From IMG/VR virus record IMGVR_UViG_3300006919_000046: DNA of 64,000 nt; one strand, 5' to 3'. The stretch comes from an uncultured virus (IMG/VR IMGVR_UViG_3300006919_000046) (taxonomy: Duplodnaviria > Heunggongvirae > Uroviricota > Caudoviricetes). The translations under genes were made by a program, and so were the position numbers. Shown here piece after piece: positions 29,506-38,446 of the stretch. The notes beneath the pieces are model-generated. The model made no database searches. It saw only the letters and a list, made by a program, of their open reading frames with translations, and was not told the origin of the DNA. The stretch's first letter is position 1, and each line of letters starts with the position of its first letter.

Positions 29506-30093
29506 ATGACTCTCACAACTATTCAAACTTTTGCTAAATTGAAAGTAACTGATTTCTCTGCATATGCCAAACCTGGCAAGAACAAAGGTTCTCGCGGACA
29601 ACTGATTGAAACTGCTCTGGGCATTCCTAACAGCTCCAACCTCAAAGATCTTGTGGACGGTGAACTTAAGACGTTCACGGTTGGTGAATCTATTGCTGTG
29701 ACACAGTTAAAGCACTGCCTTAGCGAAATTATTGAGGATAATGTTCCTTTCGCTGAAAGTAAAGTTGCTGAGAAACTCAATCAGACCATCTACGTTGGTT
29801 TCACTCGCACCAACGATTATGTGGGAACTGAACTTCTAAATTCAGAAACTCATTCTGAGCACTATCGGGAACTGAAAGAGGATTACGAATTCATTTGTAA
29901 CCATATTCGCACGGCATTTGATGAGGAAAGTGAATTGAATACCATCACTGGCCCTAACGGATTGCTTCAGATTCGCACCAAAGCATCTAAAACCAACGGT
30001 CACTATGTTCCTCTGAAATTTGCAGGTGTGACTCTTAAGGATAAGGGAATGGCATTTTATCTTTGTGGTCAATTTGGACGCAATCTTTTCTGA
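29506..30093 (+). CDS. MutH/Sau3AI-family endonuclease
   Basis: NKGSRGQLIETALG...D...GELKT and ITGPNGLLQIRTKA match recalled MutH/Sau3AI motifs (KGxxGxxxE..LG, ELK, LQIRPKA). The ATG follows repeat copy 9. Confidence 0.75.
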   Translation: MTLTTIQTFAKLKVTDFSAYAKPGKNKGSRGQLIETALGIPNSSNLKDLVDGELKTFTVGESIAVTQLKHCLSEIIEDNVPFAESKVAEKLNQTIYVGFTRTNDYVGTELLNSETHSEHYRELKEDYEFICNHIRTAFDEESELNTITGPNGLLQIRTKASKTNGHYVPLKFAGVTLKDKGMAFYLCGQFGRNLF

Positions 30094-30096
30094 TAG

Positions 30097-30125
30097 TTGA
30101 CAACTAACTGAAAATAGTTTATACT
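30097..30125 (+). promoter_or_regulatory. sigma70-type promoter
   Basis: TTGACA-17 bp-TATACT. Confidence 0.75.
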
Positions 30126-30159
30126 AAATAAGTTCAGTCAAAACAAATCTATACCCGTT

Positions 30160-31596
30160 TTGACACTCCAAATCTATACACGGAGAAAATCTATGTTGAC
30201 TCAAACTCTTATCGAGCAAATTGTGCTGCTCGCAAAACAAATACACGAAAATGGAGAATCCTCTAACCATGTAAATCTCCCTTTCTATAATGGATTGGTT
30301 GAGAAAAGAGGCACTTCTTACAGCAAAGTTTTAGACCCAGTTTCACTTCAAAGAAATAGCGAAGACAGGGCAGAAGGTGATGTTTATCGAACTTACTTCT
30401 TACAGAAAGATGAGAATGGAAGATATGTTCTTTATAATCATGACACAGCAAATCGTGAAAATATGATAGTGGTTTCAACCACTGATTTTGTAGATAATTT
30501 TGGCAATACTTTTAAAGCATGGACACCTAAGCAGATGAATGGTAACACTCTTATTGTTACCCTATGCAAACTTCTTAATGGTGAGTTAGATATTCCAAAG
30601 GATTATCTTCTCTCAGATTGTGTTCCTGAGGCAGAATCAACACTTCGATATGAAATTGTTCTAATTTCTAGCAACGATGAATATAATCGAATTTATCGTA
30701 CCATTGATCATACTGCATCTGGTAAATCTAAGAACGATAACTATACCTCTGTTCTGAATGGTTTCGGTTACTTAAATGCAACAACTGGACAATCAAATTT
30801 AACTCCATGGTTGCTAAATGACATGGACGGACCTATCAGTTTGATTGACAATAATACTGTTCCTAAAGATGTAGATACAATGACAGATGTCGTGAAACCA
30901 TATCTACCTGTTTTTGAAAATGTACCTGCAATAACTTCTCAAATTATCAACAACGGGTCAACGTATAGCAAAATCTATCGTGCTCTCTGTGTTGACATGA
31001 CAGCAGCATATATGAATGGTAAGGCACCATATTTTAATCAGTTTTTGAATCAACTTATTTCTGAGATTAAAATCATCAAAGATAGTAATGTTGAAGATTA
31101 TTGGCAAGACAAATTGTTTGGTAGAAACAAAGTTCGCAATGGTTCTACAATCAACTGGCAAGGAGAAAAGAATTTTTCTTCCTGGATTCGTAATCGTGCC
31201 GCAGATGTTTGGAAACTACGATTGACTGCCATTGATTGGATTTTGTGGGAACTCTTTTACATTGAAAGAGATGCTGGTAAAAATGCAGATGTCTGTGACC
31301 ATAACATCTATGTTAATGGTGGTGCTAACATTTTGGGCTCTAAAAATAGAAATGAGCACATGTATAAGGAACTGAATTTCCTGCGTCTGGTGTTCATTTA
31401 TGCTATGCAGAATGGACTTAAAAAATCTTTTACACTTGAAGATTTGAATGAATGGTGCGATAATACTAATGAGTTTGAGTATCCAAGAAATTGTTATCTT
31501 TCTTCTGCTAGTGATCTTATTAAACTTGGTAGTATCAAGAAAACAGGAACACATACTACACTCCGTGTTATTCTAAAAAATTATTTGTATGCATAA
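30160..31596 (+). CDS. Hypothetical protein (probable start 30193)
   Basis: Long ORF overlapping the start of the dam gene; no confident motif. Confidence 0.7.
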   Translation: MTLQIYTRRKSMLTQTLIEQIVLLAKQIHENGESSNHVNLPFYNGLVEKRGTSYSKVLDPVSLQRNSEDRAEGDVYRTYFLQKDENGRYVLYNHDTANRENMIVVSTTDFVDNFGNTFKAWTPKQMNGNTLIVTLCKLLNGELDIPKDYLLSDCVPEAESTLRYEIVLISSNDEYNRIYRTIDHTASGKSKNDNYTSVLNGFGYLNATTGQSNLTPWLLNDMDGPISLIDNNTVPKDVDTMTDVVKPYLPVFENVPAITSQIINNGSTYSKIYRALCVDMTAAYMNGKAPYFNQFLNQLISEIKIIKDSNVEDYWQDKLFGRNKVRNGSTINWQGEKNFSSWIRNRAADVWKLRLTAIDWILWELFYIERDAGKNADVCDHNIYVNGGANILGSKNRNEHMYKELNFLRLVFIYAMQNGLKKSFTLEDLNEWCDNTNEFEYPRNCYLSSASDLIKLGSIKKTGTHTTLRVILKNYLYA

Positions 31597-32407
31597 ACCC
31601 TTTCTAAAGTGGGCAGGAAACAAATATAGAGTCCTTCCCCATCTTACTCCCCATATTGGTAGTCCAAAGCGTTATTGTGAACCCTTTGGTGGGAGCCTTG
31701 CTGTTGCACTGAACACATCAGCAGAGCAGTATATTCTCAATGATGTGAATAAAGATTTGGTGGCAATTTATCAGAATTTGTTAGATCCAAATGAGGATAG
31801 TTTTATTCAGTATTGTAAAGAACTGTTCATTCCAGAGAATAATACTAAAGAGTCATATCTTGATTTGAGAGAACACTTCAATCAATCAACAGATTCTAAA
31901 GAAAGGGCAAGACTATTCATCTATTTGAATCGCCACTGCTTTAATGGACTGTCAAGATACAATAAAAATGGTGGATTTAATGTTCCTTTTGGTAAATATG
32001 AAAAACCAACTTGTCCATCTGAAGAGATGATGAAATTTAGGATGTATTTCCTCACCAAACAATTGGTGCGGTTCACATCACTTTCATTTGAAGATTTATC
32101 TCTTTATGAAGATTTGGAAGCAGGTGATGTTGTCTATTTTGACCCACCATATGTTCCTGCATCTGATACATCAAACTTCACAAGCTATGCGACTGATGGG
32201 TTTACATCAGACCAGCAGGTTAAACTAGCACAACTTGCAGAATCTCTTGCTGCAAAGGGTATTAAAGTGATTGTATCTAATAATGACGTTTCCATCACCA
32301 GAGAACTATACAAAAATGCCACAATCTATCCAATTCAAGTGTCTAGAACTATTGCAGCAAATGGTGGAAGTAGAAAGAAAGCAAATGAATTGATTGCTGT
32401 CTACTGA
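31589..32407 (+). CDS. dam: DNA adenine methyltransferase, Dam family
   Basis: KPFLKWAGNK, EPFGGS, LNRHCFNGLSRYN..GGFNVPFG and DPPY. Confidence 0.95.
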   Translation: MHKPFLKWAGNKYRVLPHLTPHIGSPKRYCEPFGGSLAVALNTSAEQYILNDVNKDLVAIYQNLLDPNEDSFIQYCKELFIPENNTKESYLDLREHFNQSTDSKERARLFIYLNRHCFNGLSRYNKNGGFNVPFGKYEKPTCPSEEMMKFRMYFLTKQLVRFTSLSFEDLSLYEDLEAGDVVYFDPPYVPASDTSNFTSYATDGFTSDQQVKLAQLAESLAAKGIKVIVSNNDVSITRELYKNATIYPIQVSRTIAANGGSRKKANELIAVY

Positions 32408-32473
32408 GCCCCTTAAAGTGTTCCAGTAGTGTGAGGAGCACACTGCTCCCACAAAAACTATTAAACTTTTGAA

Positions 32474-32767
32474 ATGATGAACGACAAAATCGCACAAATC
32501 AAGACCTTCGTCAATGAGAATGTTACCAACGATGTTCTCAAAAAAGTTGGAATCTCCGCAACTATTCTCTTTGTTGTAATTGTTGCACAACTGATAATTC
32601 ATGAGGTTGTGATGGTTGTGGATGCAATTCCTGTGTTCAATGGTATAATGCAACTTGTTGGACTTTTCACTTTGATTAATTTTGTTCGCAACAATCTTCT
32701 GACTCCCGAACAGCGTCAAGAGTTTGTTGGTAAAGTTCAAAATACTTACAACGACATTGTTGAGTGA
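32474..32767 (+). CDS. CurT/CURT1 (CAAD-domain)-like thylakoid membrane protein
   Basis: Two TM helices and VDAIPVFNGIMQLVG...FVRNNLLTPEQRQEF resemble the CAAD pattern IP..L.ELvG....F..r.LL....RqEl. Confidence 0.7.
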   Translation: MMNDKIAQIKTFVNENVTNDVLKKVGISATILFVVIVAQLIIHEVVMVVDAIPVFNGIMQLVGLFTLINFVRNNLLTPEQRQEFVGKVQNTYNDIVE

Positions 32768-32863
32768 TATAAATAATGATGCTTATGTGTCGCAACTAAG
32801 CAAAGAGAATGGGGGCAGAAATGCCCCTTTTCTTGTATAAATAATACTGCGACACATAAAGCA
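32768..32863 (+). promoter_or_regulatory. Two late promoters, a terminator hairpin and a long inverted repeat
   Basis: TATAAATA at 32768 and 32836; GGGGCA-GAAA-TGCCCC-TTTT between them; TGCTTATGTGTCGCA (32780-94) is complementary to TGCGACACATAAAGCA (32848-63) with one bulge. Confidence 0.75.
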
Positions 32864-32865
32864 GA

Positions 32866-33333
32866 ATGAATAAAGTAAGCGTTCAATCGTTGAACGAATG
32901 TTTCAACGTATCTGGAAAAGATTTCATCTTGATGGAAGATGATTATGAGCTATTGTCACCACAAGAAATGAATATACCACCTCCAAATAAAGGTAAGATT
33001 TGGATAACAAATGGAACAGATAATAAGATGGTCAAATGTGATGAAATCCCAGATGGTTGGTATAGAGGACGGGTGAATGTTCATAGTGAAGAGGGTAAAA
33101 AGGCAAACCTAAAACAACTAAAAGAAAATAATCCTAACGCAAAGACTTATAAGATAATTTTTAGAGATGGGACAGAAGAAATTGTAAAGCAGTTATCAAC
33201 TTGGGCACGCAATAAGGGTCACACATATAGTAATATTAAAGCAATAGTTCATCGGACAAAGTATAAGAAAGAAAAGCAATATGAATGCTACAATTCTTCC
33301 ACCTATTACATTAAAGAGATTGTTTCTATCTGA
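32866..33333 (+). CDS. Homing-endonuclease-related DNA-binding module protein
   Basis: KGKIWITNG...IPDGWYRGR and NPNAK motifs are typical of phage homing-endonuclease C-terminal modules. No catalytic domain recognised. Confidence 0.55.
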   Translation: MNKVSVQSLNECFNVSGKDFILMEDDYELLSPQEMNIPPPNKGKIWITNGTDNKMVKCDEIPDGWYRGRVNVHSEEGKKANLKQLKENNPNAKTYKIIFRDGTEEIVKQLSTWARNKGHTYSNIKAIVHRTKYKKEKQYECYNSSTYYIKEIVSI

Positions 33334-33370
33334 GCCCCTTAAAGTGTCCTAGTAGTGTAGCGATGGTAAA

Positions 33371-34276
33371 TTGATGGCACAAAATATCCACCTTGAACAC
33401 GTAGAAGATTCTATCCTAACGGGTGACCTTTCGGTTCTTGATTGGTTCTCGGACCCTGATTCTATCATCAGCACAAAAATTGATGGGAGTCCTAGCTTGG
33501 TTTGGGGAACAAATCCTGCAAATGGGAAATGGTTTGTGGCTACAAAAAGTGCCTTTAACAAAGTAAAAATCAAGATTGCACATTCTCATCGGGAGATTGA
33601 TAAGTTCTATGAGGGTAGAGTTGCAGATATTCTGCATCTTTGCTTTAAGTATCTTCCTCGCACCAAAACTATTGTCCAAGGTGATTGGATTGGTGTCGGT
33701 GGTTCTGATACCTATCGCCCCAACACTTTGACATATGTCTTCCCAGAGTTTATCTCTCAAGATATAATTGTAGCCCCACACACTGTTTATAGTGGTGGGA
33801 ATGATTTGCGTGAGGTTGATGCTTATCCTTTGGTTCTTGACCTTCCCAGCACCCAAAATTGTCTGTTTATTCAACCCGAGGTTGAGTTAAACCCATACCG
33901 TGAAGATTTGGCAGATGTTGCAGCATTTGCCCGTCAAATGTCCACTCTATGTGATTTTGTAAGTGCTCGCAAGGCAACACAAATCAAAAAAGCAATCAAT
34001 GCCTGCATCCGTGAGGGTCAACCCATTGTTGAGGATGAAATTGCAGAAAAATGTGAATGTGACATCAACCTGCTACGGCTTTGGAAGTTGGTTGCATCTA
34101 TGAAGGATGATTTGTTCTTGTTCATTAAAGAAACCGATGACATTGCTTGTATGATTGGTAATACGTTTGTTTGCCATGAAGGTTATGTTATCTCTAACAA
34201 TTATGGGACTTTCAAGGTTGTTGACCGTGAAGAGTTTAGTTATGCAAACTTCAACATGGAAAAGGTTTGGAGTTAA
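33371..34276 (+). CDS. Ligase-like nucleotidyltransferase-fold protein (DUF6267-like)
   Basis: HLEHVED, KIDGSP (motif I), QGD, HEGYV (motif IV) and FKVVDR (motif V). Confidence 0.6.
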   Translation: MMAQNIHLEHVEDSILTGDLSVLDWFSDPDSIISTKIDGSPSLVWGTNPANGKWFVATKSAFNKVKIKIAHSHREIDKFYEGRVADILHLCFKYLPRTKTIVQGDWIGVGGSDTYRPNTLTYVFPEFISQDIIVAPHTVYSGGNDLREVDAYPLVLDLPSTQNCLFIQPEVELNPYREDLADVAAFARQMSTLCDFVSARKATQIKKAINACIREGQPIVEDEIAEKCECDINLLRLWKLVASMKDDLFLFIKETDDIACMIGNTFVCHEGYVISNNYGTFKVVDREEFSYANFNMEKVWS

Positions 34277-34298
34277 ATAAATGGAGTCTATTTTAACC

Positions 34299-34556
34299 AT
34301 GAAACTGTTACTAACTGCTGTGCTCTTAGCACTCTCTCCCATCCCTGCAAATGCTATCACCTGGCAACAGTTCTGGGAGCCATTTGTTCATGAGGATAGT
34401 GATCATCGCCATGAAAGAAAGCGTGATAATTACAGAGACCACTTCTATCACAGATATTGTATCAAACGTATTCGCAGAGAAGAATATGTTCCTGGCAACA
34501 GATGGCGTCCTGGTTATGTCAGAACGTGGTACGAAGAGGTGCCTTGCGGTAGGTAA
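34299..34556 (+). CDS. Small secreted protein with signal peptide
   Basis: MKLLLTAVLLALSPIPANA signal peptide. Confidence 0.6.
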   Translation: MKLLLTAVLLALSPIPANAITWQQFWEPFVHEDSDHRHERKRDNYRDHFYHRYCIKRIRREEYVPGNRWRPGYVRTWYEEVPCGR

Positions 34557-34565
34557 AAGCTACCA

Positions 34566-34594
34566 TTGCCAGAGTGAATAAAATCTGGTACAAT
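34566..34594 (+). promoter_or_regulatory. sigma70-type promoter
   Basis: TTGCCA-17 bp-TACAAT. Confidence 0.65.
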
Positions 34595-34621
34595 CTTTAT
34601 GTTCTCTTGAGATTTGAAATC

Positions 34622-34792
34622 ATGAACCAAGAAAGGCATTTTCACACCGAATCTGAGCGTCGTCAACTAGATGGAGTTCTGCACGATGCTGATGCTAACG
34701 GATGGACAATTTCTAAGCACAACCGTATGAAGTCGCGTGTAAATAACCTGCCAGATCTTTCTCTTGTGAGTGATGAGGATGCAGTTGCCTGA
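34622..34792 (+). CDS. Small hypothetical protein
   Basis: ATG after a promoter; stop just before repeat copy 12. Confidence 0.6.
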   Translation: MNQERHFHTESERRQLDGVLHDADANGWTISKHNRMKSRVNNLPDLSLVSDEDAVA

Positions 34793-34844
34793 TAGTTACT
34801 GAGCCCCTTAAAGTGTCCCAGTAGTGTAAGAAGCATACTCAAAC

Positions 34845-35036
34845 ATGAAAGCACAAGACCCCCGCACACTTTTTGCTGATGATGAGTTCACTTTCTTTCG
34901 ACTCAATCTTCTCAAAGAAGTTGACCGCTTGAGTGTATATCACTCTGATAGGTATCAGAAAGAAAAGGAACTCAAAAAGGCAGACGATTGTCTAACTTAT
35001 CTGATGAATTATCGTTCACATCAAACTGAGTGGTGA
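34845..35036 (+). CDS. Small hypothetical protein
   Basis: First ORF after repeat copy 12. Confidence 0.65.
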   Translation: MKAQDPRTLFADDEFTFFRLNLLKEVDRLSVYHSDRYQKEKELKKADDCLTYLMNYRSHQTEW

Positions 35037-35152
35037 TTTATGAAATACACAATCGTTAAGTTTAAGGGTCGGTGGGTGAAAGTTTCCAACAAACTATCAC
35101 CCCCAACCGAATGGGTTACAATCATCAACAAAGCACATTCAATTCCAAAAGT

Positions 35153-35314
35153 ATGAAAAACTATCGAGTTCGAGTTGAGACCAACGACGGATGTGTGACC
35201 GTTTGGTATGAGAAATCGAGTGCAAAACGTGCTTGTGACCTTATCAATAATCGTGTCTACAATCAACTCTGTGGACTAAACATTAAAGAAGTTTCTGTTA
35301 CTCCTTCTGTCTAA
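35153..35314 (+). CDS. Small hypothetical cyanophage protein
   Basis: MKNYRVRVETNDGCVTVWYEKS... Confidence 0.6.
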   Translation: MKNYRVRVETNDGCVTVWYEKSSAKRACDLINNRVYNQLCGLNIKEVSVTPSV

Positions 35315-35317
35315 ATC

Positions 35318-35515
35318 ATGAACATCTGGACTTACAGTTTGAACCGCGTTGACCTTACTCCTAATGAGGAAACTTGCATTTTAAGGTTTCTTCGTGAAGC
35401 AAGAGAATGTGGGTATCCAAGTTCTAATGAAGAGTGGTATCCTATCATTGACAGCATAATGCAGAAGTATTATGATTCTGATGTCAAGGAAGCACAATCA
35501 TGGCAAACTCTATAA
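35318..35515 (+). CDS. Small hypothetical protein
   Basis: ORF tightly packed in an operon. Confidence 0.6.
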   Translation: MNIWTYSLNRVDLTPNEETCILRFLREARECGYPSSNEEWYPIIDSIMQKYYDSDVKEAQSWQTL

Positions 35516-35524
35516 TTTAAGCAC

Positions 35525-35668
35525 ATGAGAGTTAAAGTTGATTTGTATGTTGCAGGTAAGGTATTCTCAGAGATTGTGGAAGCTGTAAACTATCAGGATG
35601 CGCGTGAGACTGCATTAGCACGTAATCCTAAGGCAAAGATTGTAGGATGCACAGCAGTTTTCAAGTAG
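35525..35668 (+). CDS. Small cyanophage protein (47 aa, not in track)
   Basis: MRVKVDLYVAGKVF...ALARNPKAKIVG; ends just before repeat copy 13. Confidence 0.65.
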   Translation: MRVKVDLYVAGKVFSEIVEAVNYQDARETALARNPKAKIVGCTAVFK

Positions 35669-35727
35669 TGCTCACTGAGCCCCTTAAAGTGTTCCAGTAG
35701 TGTAAGACAGAAACCCAAAGGAGAAAA

Positions 35728-35979
35728 ATGCAACTCACTTCCAAAGATGCTAACATGATTGTTGATTTCTATCCCGTAAAGTATGCGGATGGAACTATCT
35801 CCAATCGTCATATTCTCAAGATTCTGACTTTCTCTAACTGCAAGCAATCTATTCGCTACATTACCAAGAAAGATTTCCAGTATGAGGTAGATTCCCGTGT
35901 TGAGGGTTATGGTTACATTGTGACTGATATGCACACCGAACCGCAACTGTTCAATTCTGCACTTACCTGTGCCTGCTGA
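35728..35979 (+). CDS. Small hypothetical protein
   Basis: AGGAG RBS; follows repeat copy 13. Confidence 0.7.
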   Translation: MQLTSKDANMIVDFYPVKYADGTISNRHILKILTFSNCKQSIRYITKKDFQYEVDSRVEGYGYIVTDMHTEPQLFNSALTCAC

Positions 35980-36364
35980 TTGCACAATTCAACACTTAAA
36001 TTATAATCAAAAGAAAATGTCTGCTATTCTGAATCAAACCAAATCTGAGTTCCTTGTTGATACTCTGATTGAGCAATTGAATGACCAATGGAAAGTTAAT
36101 GCCATCGAATCTGGTCATGATACTTATTACCAAGTCGAAGCAGATTTCGGTCGTAAGTACATCAAACTGATGACTTATTTGGTCTCTGGTGGTGAACGTA
36201 AACATGGACGCTCTGCATATATGTTTGTGGAGAATAACACTGGTGCATGTTACAAACCTGCCAGTGTAAAAGCACCTGCAAAGGGTATTCGATTCTATGT
36301 TGAGCAACTCACTGAGAATCCCACTATTTGTGATCAATACGGTGGGTTTCTTTATCTCCGATGA
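35969..36364 (+). CDS. Conserved phage protein (probable start 36017)
   Basis: GRKYIKL...FV...TG..YKPAS.KAPAKGIRF...GGFLYLR. Confidence 0.7.
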   Translation: MPADCTIQHLNYNQKKMSAILNQTKSEFLVDTLIEQLNDQWKVNAIESGHDTYYQVEADFGRKYIKLMTYLVSGGERKHGRSAYMFVENNTGACYKPASVKAPAKGIRFYVEQLTENPTICDQYGGFLYLR

Positions 36365-36603
36365 ATAACGAAAAAATGTCACTGATTAAGACTTATCTTC
36401 ACAACAAAATGACTTTTACTGAAGCACTGATTGCATCTGGTTATGTTCTCGATGAGGATAACTTTGATGATGGTTGTTATGTCAAGACTGATGCAAATGA
36501 TCTGATTCATTGTTATCAAGAAGGAGAGGATATTGGTGAGTGGAATTATGTCAAAATGACGGAAGATTTTGATGTGATTGTAGAGCAAACGTTCACTCTC
36601 TAA
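36361..36603 (+). CDS. Small acidic hypothetical protein
   Basis: D/E-rich ORF ending just before repeat copy 14. Confidence 0.6.
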   Translation: MNNEKMSLIKTYLHNKMTFTEALIASGYVLDEDNFDDGCYVKTDANDLIHCYQEGEDIGEWNYVKMTEDFDVIVEQTFTL

Positions 36604-36660
36604 TGTCTACTGAGCCACTTAAAGTGTACCAGTAGTGTAAGGTTCAAACGAAATTCAAAA

Positions 36661-37002
36661 ATGACAATTCACTTTGCTAATCTCTTCGCTCAGAATACTG
36701 ATCTCACCTCTGAGTTTGTGACTGATTTCTCCCGTACTTTCAAGTCTAACACCTTTGATAAGTACACTCGAAATGATGGAAAAGTTTATATTAAGCACGG
36801 TGTGAATCGTGATACCAAAGTCGATGTATTCTCTGTCGAAGCAATGATCTATGAGTACAAAGGTTGCTGGGTTGGCAATCAAAAGAACTTCGGTAGTTTC
36901 GATAACTTTGCTGATGCAATTGATTGTGCTCGCAAAGTACAACTGCCACAAGATAGCACCACTCAGGATGCTGCACTTTCCATGATGAGTAAGGGTTACT
37001 GA
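36661..37002 (+). CDS. Hypothetical protein
   Basis: Single gene between repeat copies 14 and 15; stop is the repeat TGA. Confidence 0.75.
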   Translation: MTIHFANLFAQNTDLTSEFVTDFSRTFKSNTFDKYTRNDGKVYIKHGVNRDTKVDVFSVEAMIYEYKGCWVGNQKNFGSFDNFADAIDCARKVQLPQDSTTQDAALSMMSKGY

Positions 37003-37045
37003 GCCCCTTAAAGTGTCCTAGTAGTGAGACGTTCAAACGAAAAAG

Positions 37046-37273
37046 ATGATTTACACCTCATTAAAAACGAATCAGGATTATGAGATTGTTCCTGTCAAAG
37101 AAAAGCGTCAGAGTTGGGATGATAATGGTCAACCATTCTGGAAAGAATTGACTCAGTATCGTATTCTGAAGGATGGAAAGATGGTTCAATTCACATATGA
37201 TGTTTCGCAGATTACAGAGACTGTTTCATTCTATGAAAACCCAGGAAAAGATGTTTCATCCCGTTTTGATTGA
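37046..37273 (+). CDS. Small hypothetical protein
   Basis: First ORF after repeat copy 15. Confidence 0.65.
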   Translation: MIYTSLKTNQDYEIVPVKEKRQSWDDNGQPFWKELTQYRILKDGKMVQFTYDVSQITETVSFYENPGKDVSSRFD

Positions 37274-37439
37274 TATGCTGAAATTGGAATTGTCAAATGA
37301 TGAGTATCGCGCAATACAAAGTGCACTCGAAACCTATGTTGATCTAGAACGCGAAAAGTATTCAAAATGTAGTGATGATAGAATCTTCACTGCAACACAA
37401 CTTAAGATTTTCACTGACTTTCAAGTTCTCTAATTTCTG

Positions 37440-37631
37440 ATGATGAACAACAATCAAAAAGACAAGATGTTGGCACTCATTCTTGATGATATTCATGCAC
37501 AAGTGATGAAACTGACAGATGAGAATCGTCTTGATGATGCTGTTGCATCGTATCAAGAATGGTCCGAACATTTTGATGAATCTGTTCCTGATGTTCATGT
37601 CCTCACTATCAATGATCTGACCAATGTCTGA
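37440..37631 (+). CDS. Small acidic hypothetical protein
   Basis: ORF within an operon. Confidence 0.6.
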   Translation: MMNNNQKDKMLALILDDIHAQVMKLTDENRLDDAVASYQEWSEHFDESVPDVHVLTINDLTNV

Positions 37632-37869
37632 CTCTAATCTTTACACCGAAATCCTCAAATCTGAAATCATGCCTCTTACTCCTGATCAACTCTCCAATCT
37701 CCGTGATAATTATGCCCAGATGATTGTTGATGATATGGATACTAAAACTCTGATGATTATGGCCTATGATGTTATCATGGAGAATCTGAATGACTATGAT
37801 GAGCAACAATTAAAGGAAGAAATTGTCGATTGCTATGGTGATGAGATTCTAGAAGATTTGATTTCCTAA
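37624..37869 (+). CDS. Small acidic hypothetical protein
   Basis: IVDDMD...ENL.....QL.EEI; similar to 39257..39457. Confidence 0.65.
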   Translation: MSDSNLYTEILKSEIMPLTPDQLSNLRDNYAQMIVDDMDTKTLMIMAYDVIMENLNDYDEQQLKEEIVDCYGDEILEDLIS

Positions 37870-37933
37870 TGCTCACTGAGCCACTTAAAGTGTCCTAGTA
37901 GTGTAAGACAGAAACCTCAAACAAAAAAACCAA

Positions 37934-38266
37934 ATGCGTAAGATCGAAAAGCAAATGAATGATGCCATCACTAACAACGAGAATTGGAAAAGTGCCAATA
38001 CTGTTGTTACCTATGATGAGCAAAATGATCTCTCTATTGTATTCCTTCATGGTAAAAAGATTGCAGAGATTGGTGAGACTTTTCTTCGCTTATTTGATGG
38101 TGGTTGGCAATCCAATACCACTAAGTCTCGCCTGAATGCTATTCTTCAAGCACACGGAGAATGTGGTGATCGTGTATTCCAAAAAGCAGGAGAATGGTTT
38201 CTTAAGATGAACACTGTTCAAGGACTAACTACCGTTCCTTTCTTCTCTTCGATGCGTCTGGGTTGA
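37934..38266 (+). CDS. Conserved hypothetical phage protein
   Basis: MRKIEKQM...LHGKKIA...GGWQSNTTKSRLNA. Confidence 0.75.
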   Translation: MRKIEKQMNDAITNNENWKSANTVVTYDEQNDLSIVFLHGKKIAEIGETFLRLFDGGWQSNTTKSRLNAILQAHGECGDRVFQKAGEWFLKMNTVQGLTTVPFFSSMRLG

Positions 38267-38419
38267 GAATGAATAAGACAAGATCTGCAAACTTCTATGC
38301 TAACCAAGTGAAGATTTTGATTCTTATTCTAGTCTCTGTGTTGATTGCAAAGTCACCACCAACGAGACAATTTCTCTCTGATGTACTATACACTACCTCG
38401 GAGATTATAAGACCTAAGT

Positions 38420-38446
38420 AACACCCTCAAGGGGTGTTTTTTTTTT
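38420..38446 (+). terminator. Intrinsic terminator
   Basis: AACACCC-TCAAG-GGGTGTT followed by a long T run. Confidence 0.8.

Noticed and set aside
27443..30093. Helicase + HNH + nuclease as a type III restriction-modification operon
   Set aside because: No Mod subunit is present. The HNH has its own late promoter, and the MutH-like gene lies in a separate repeat-bounded unit.
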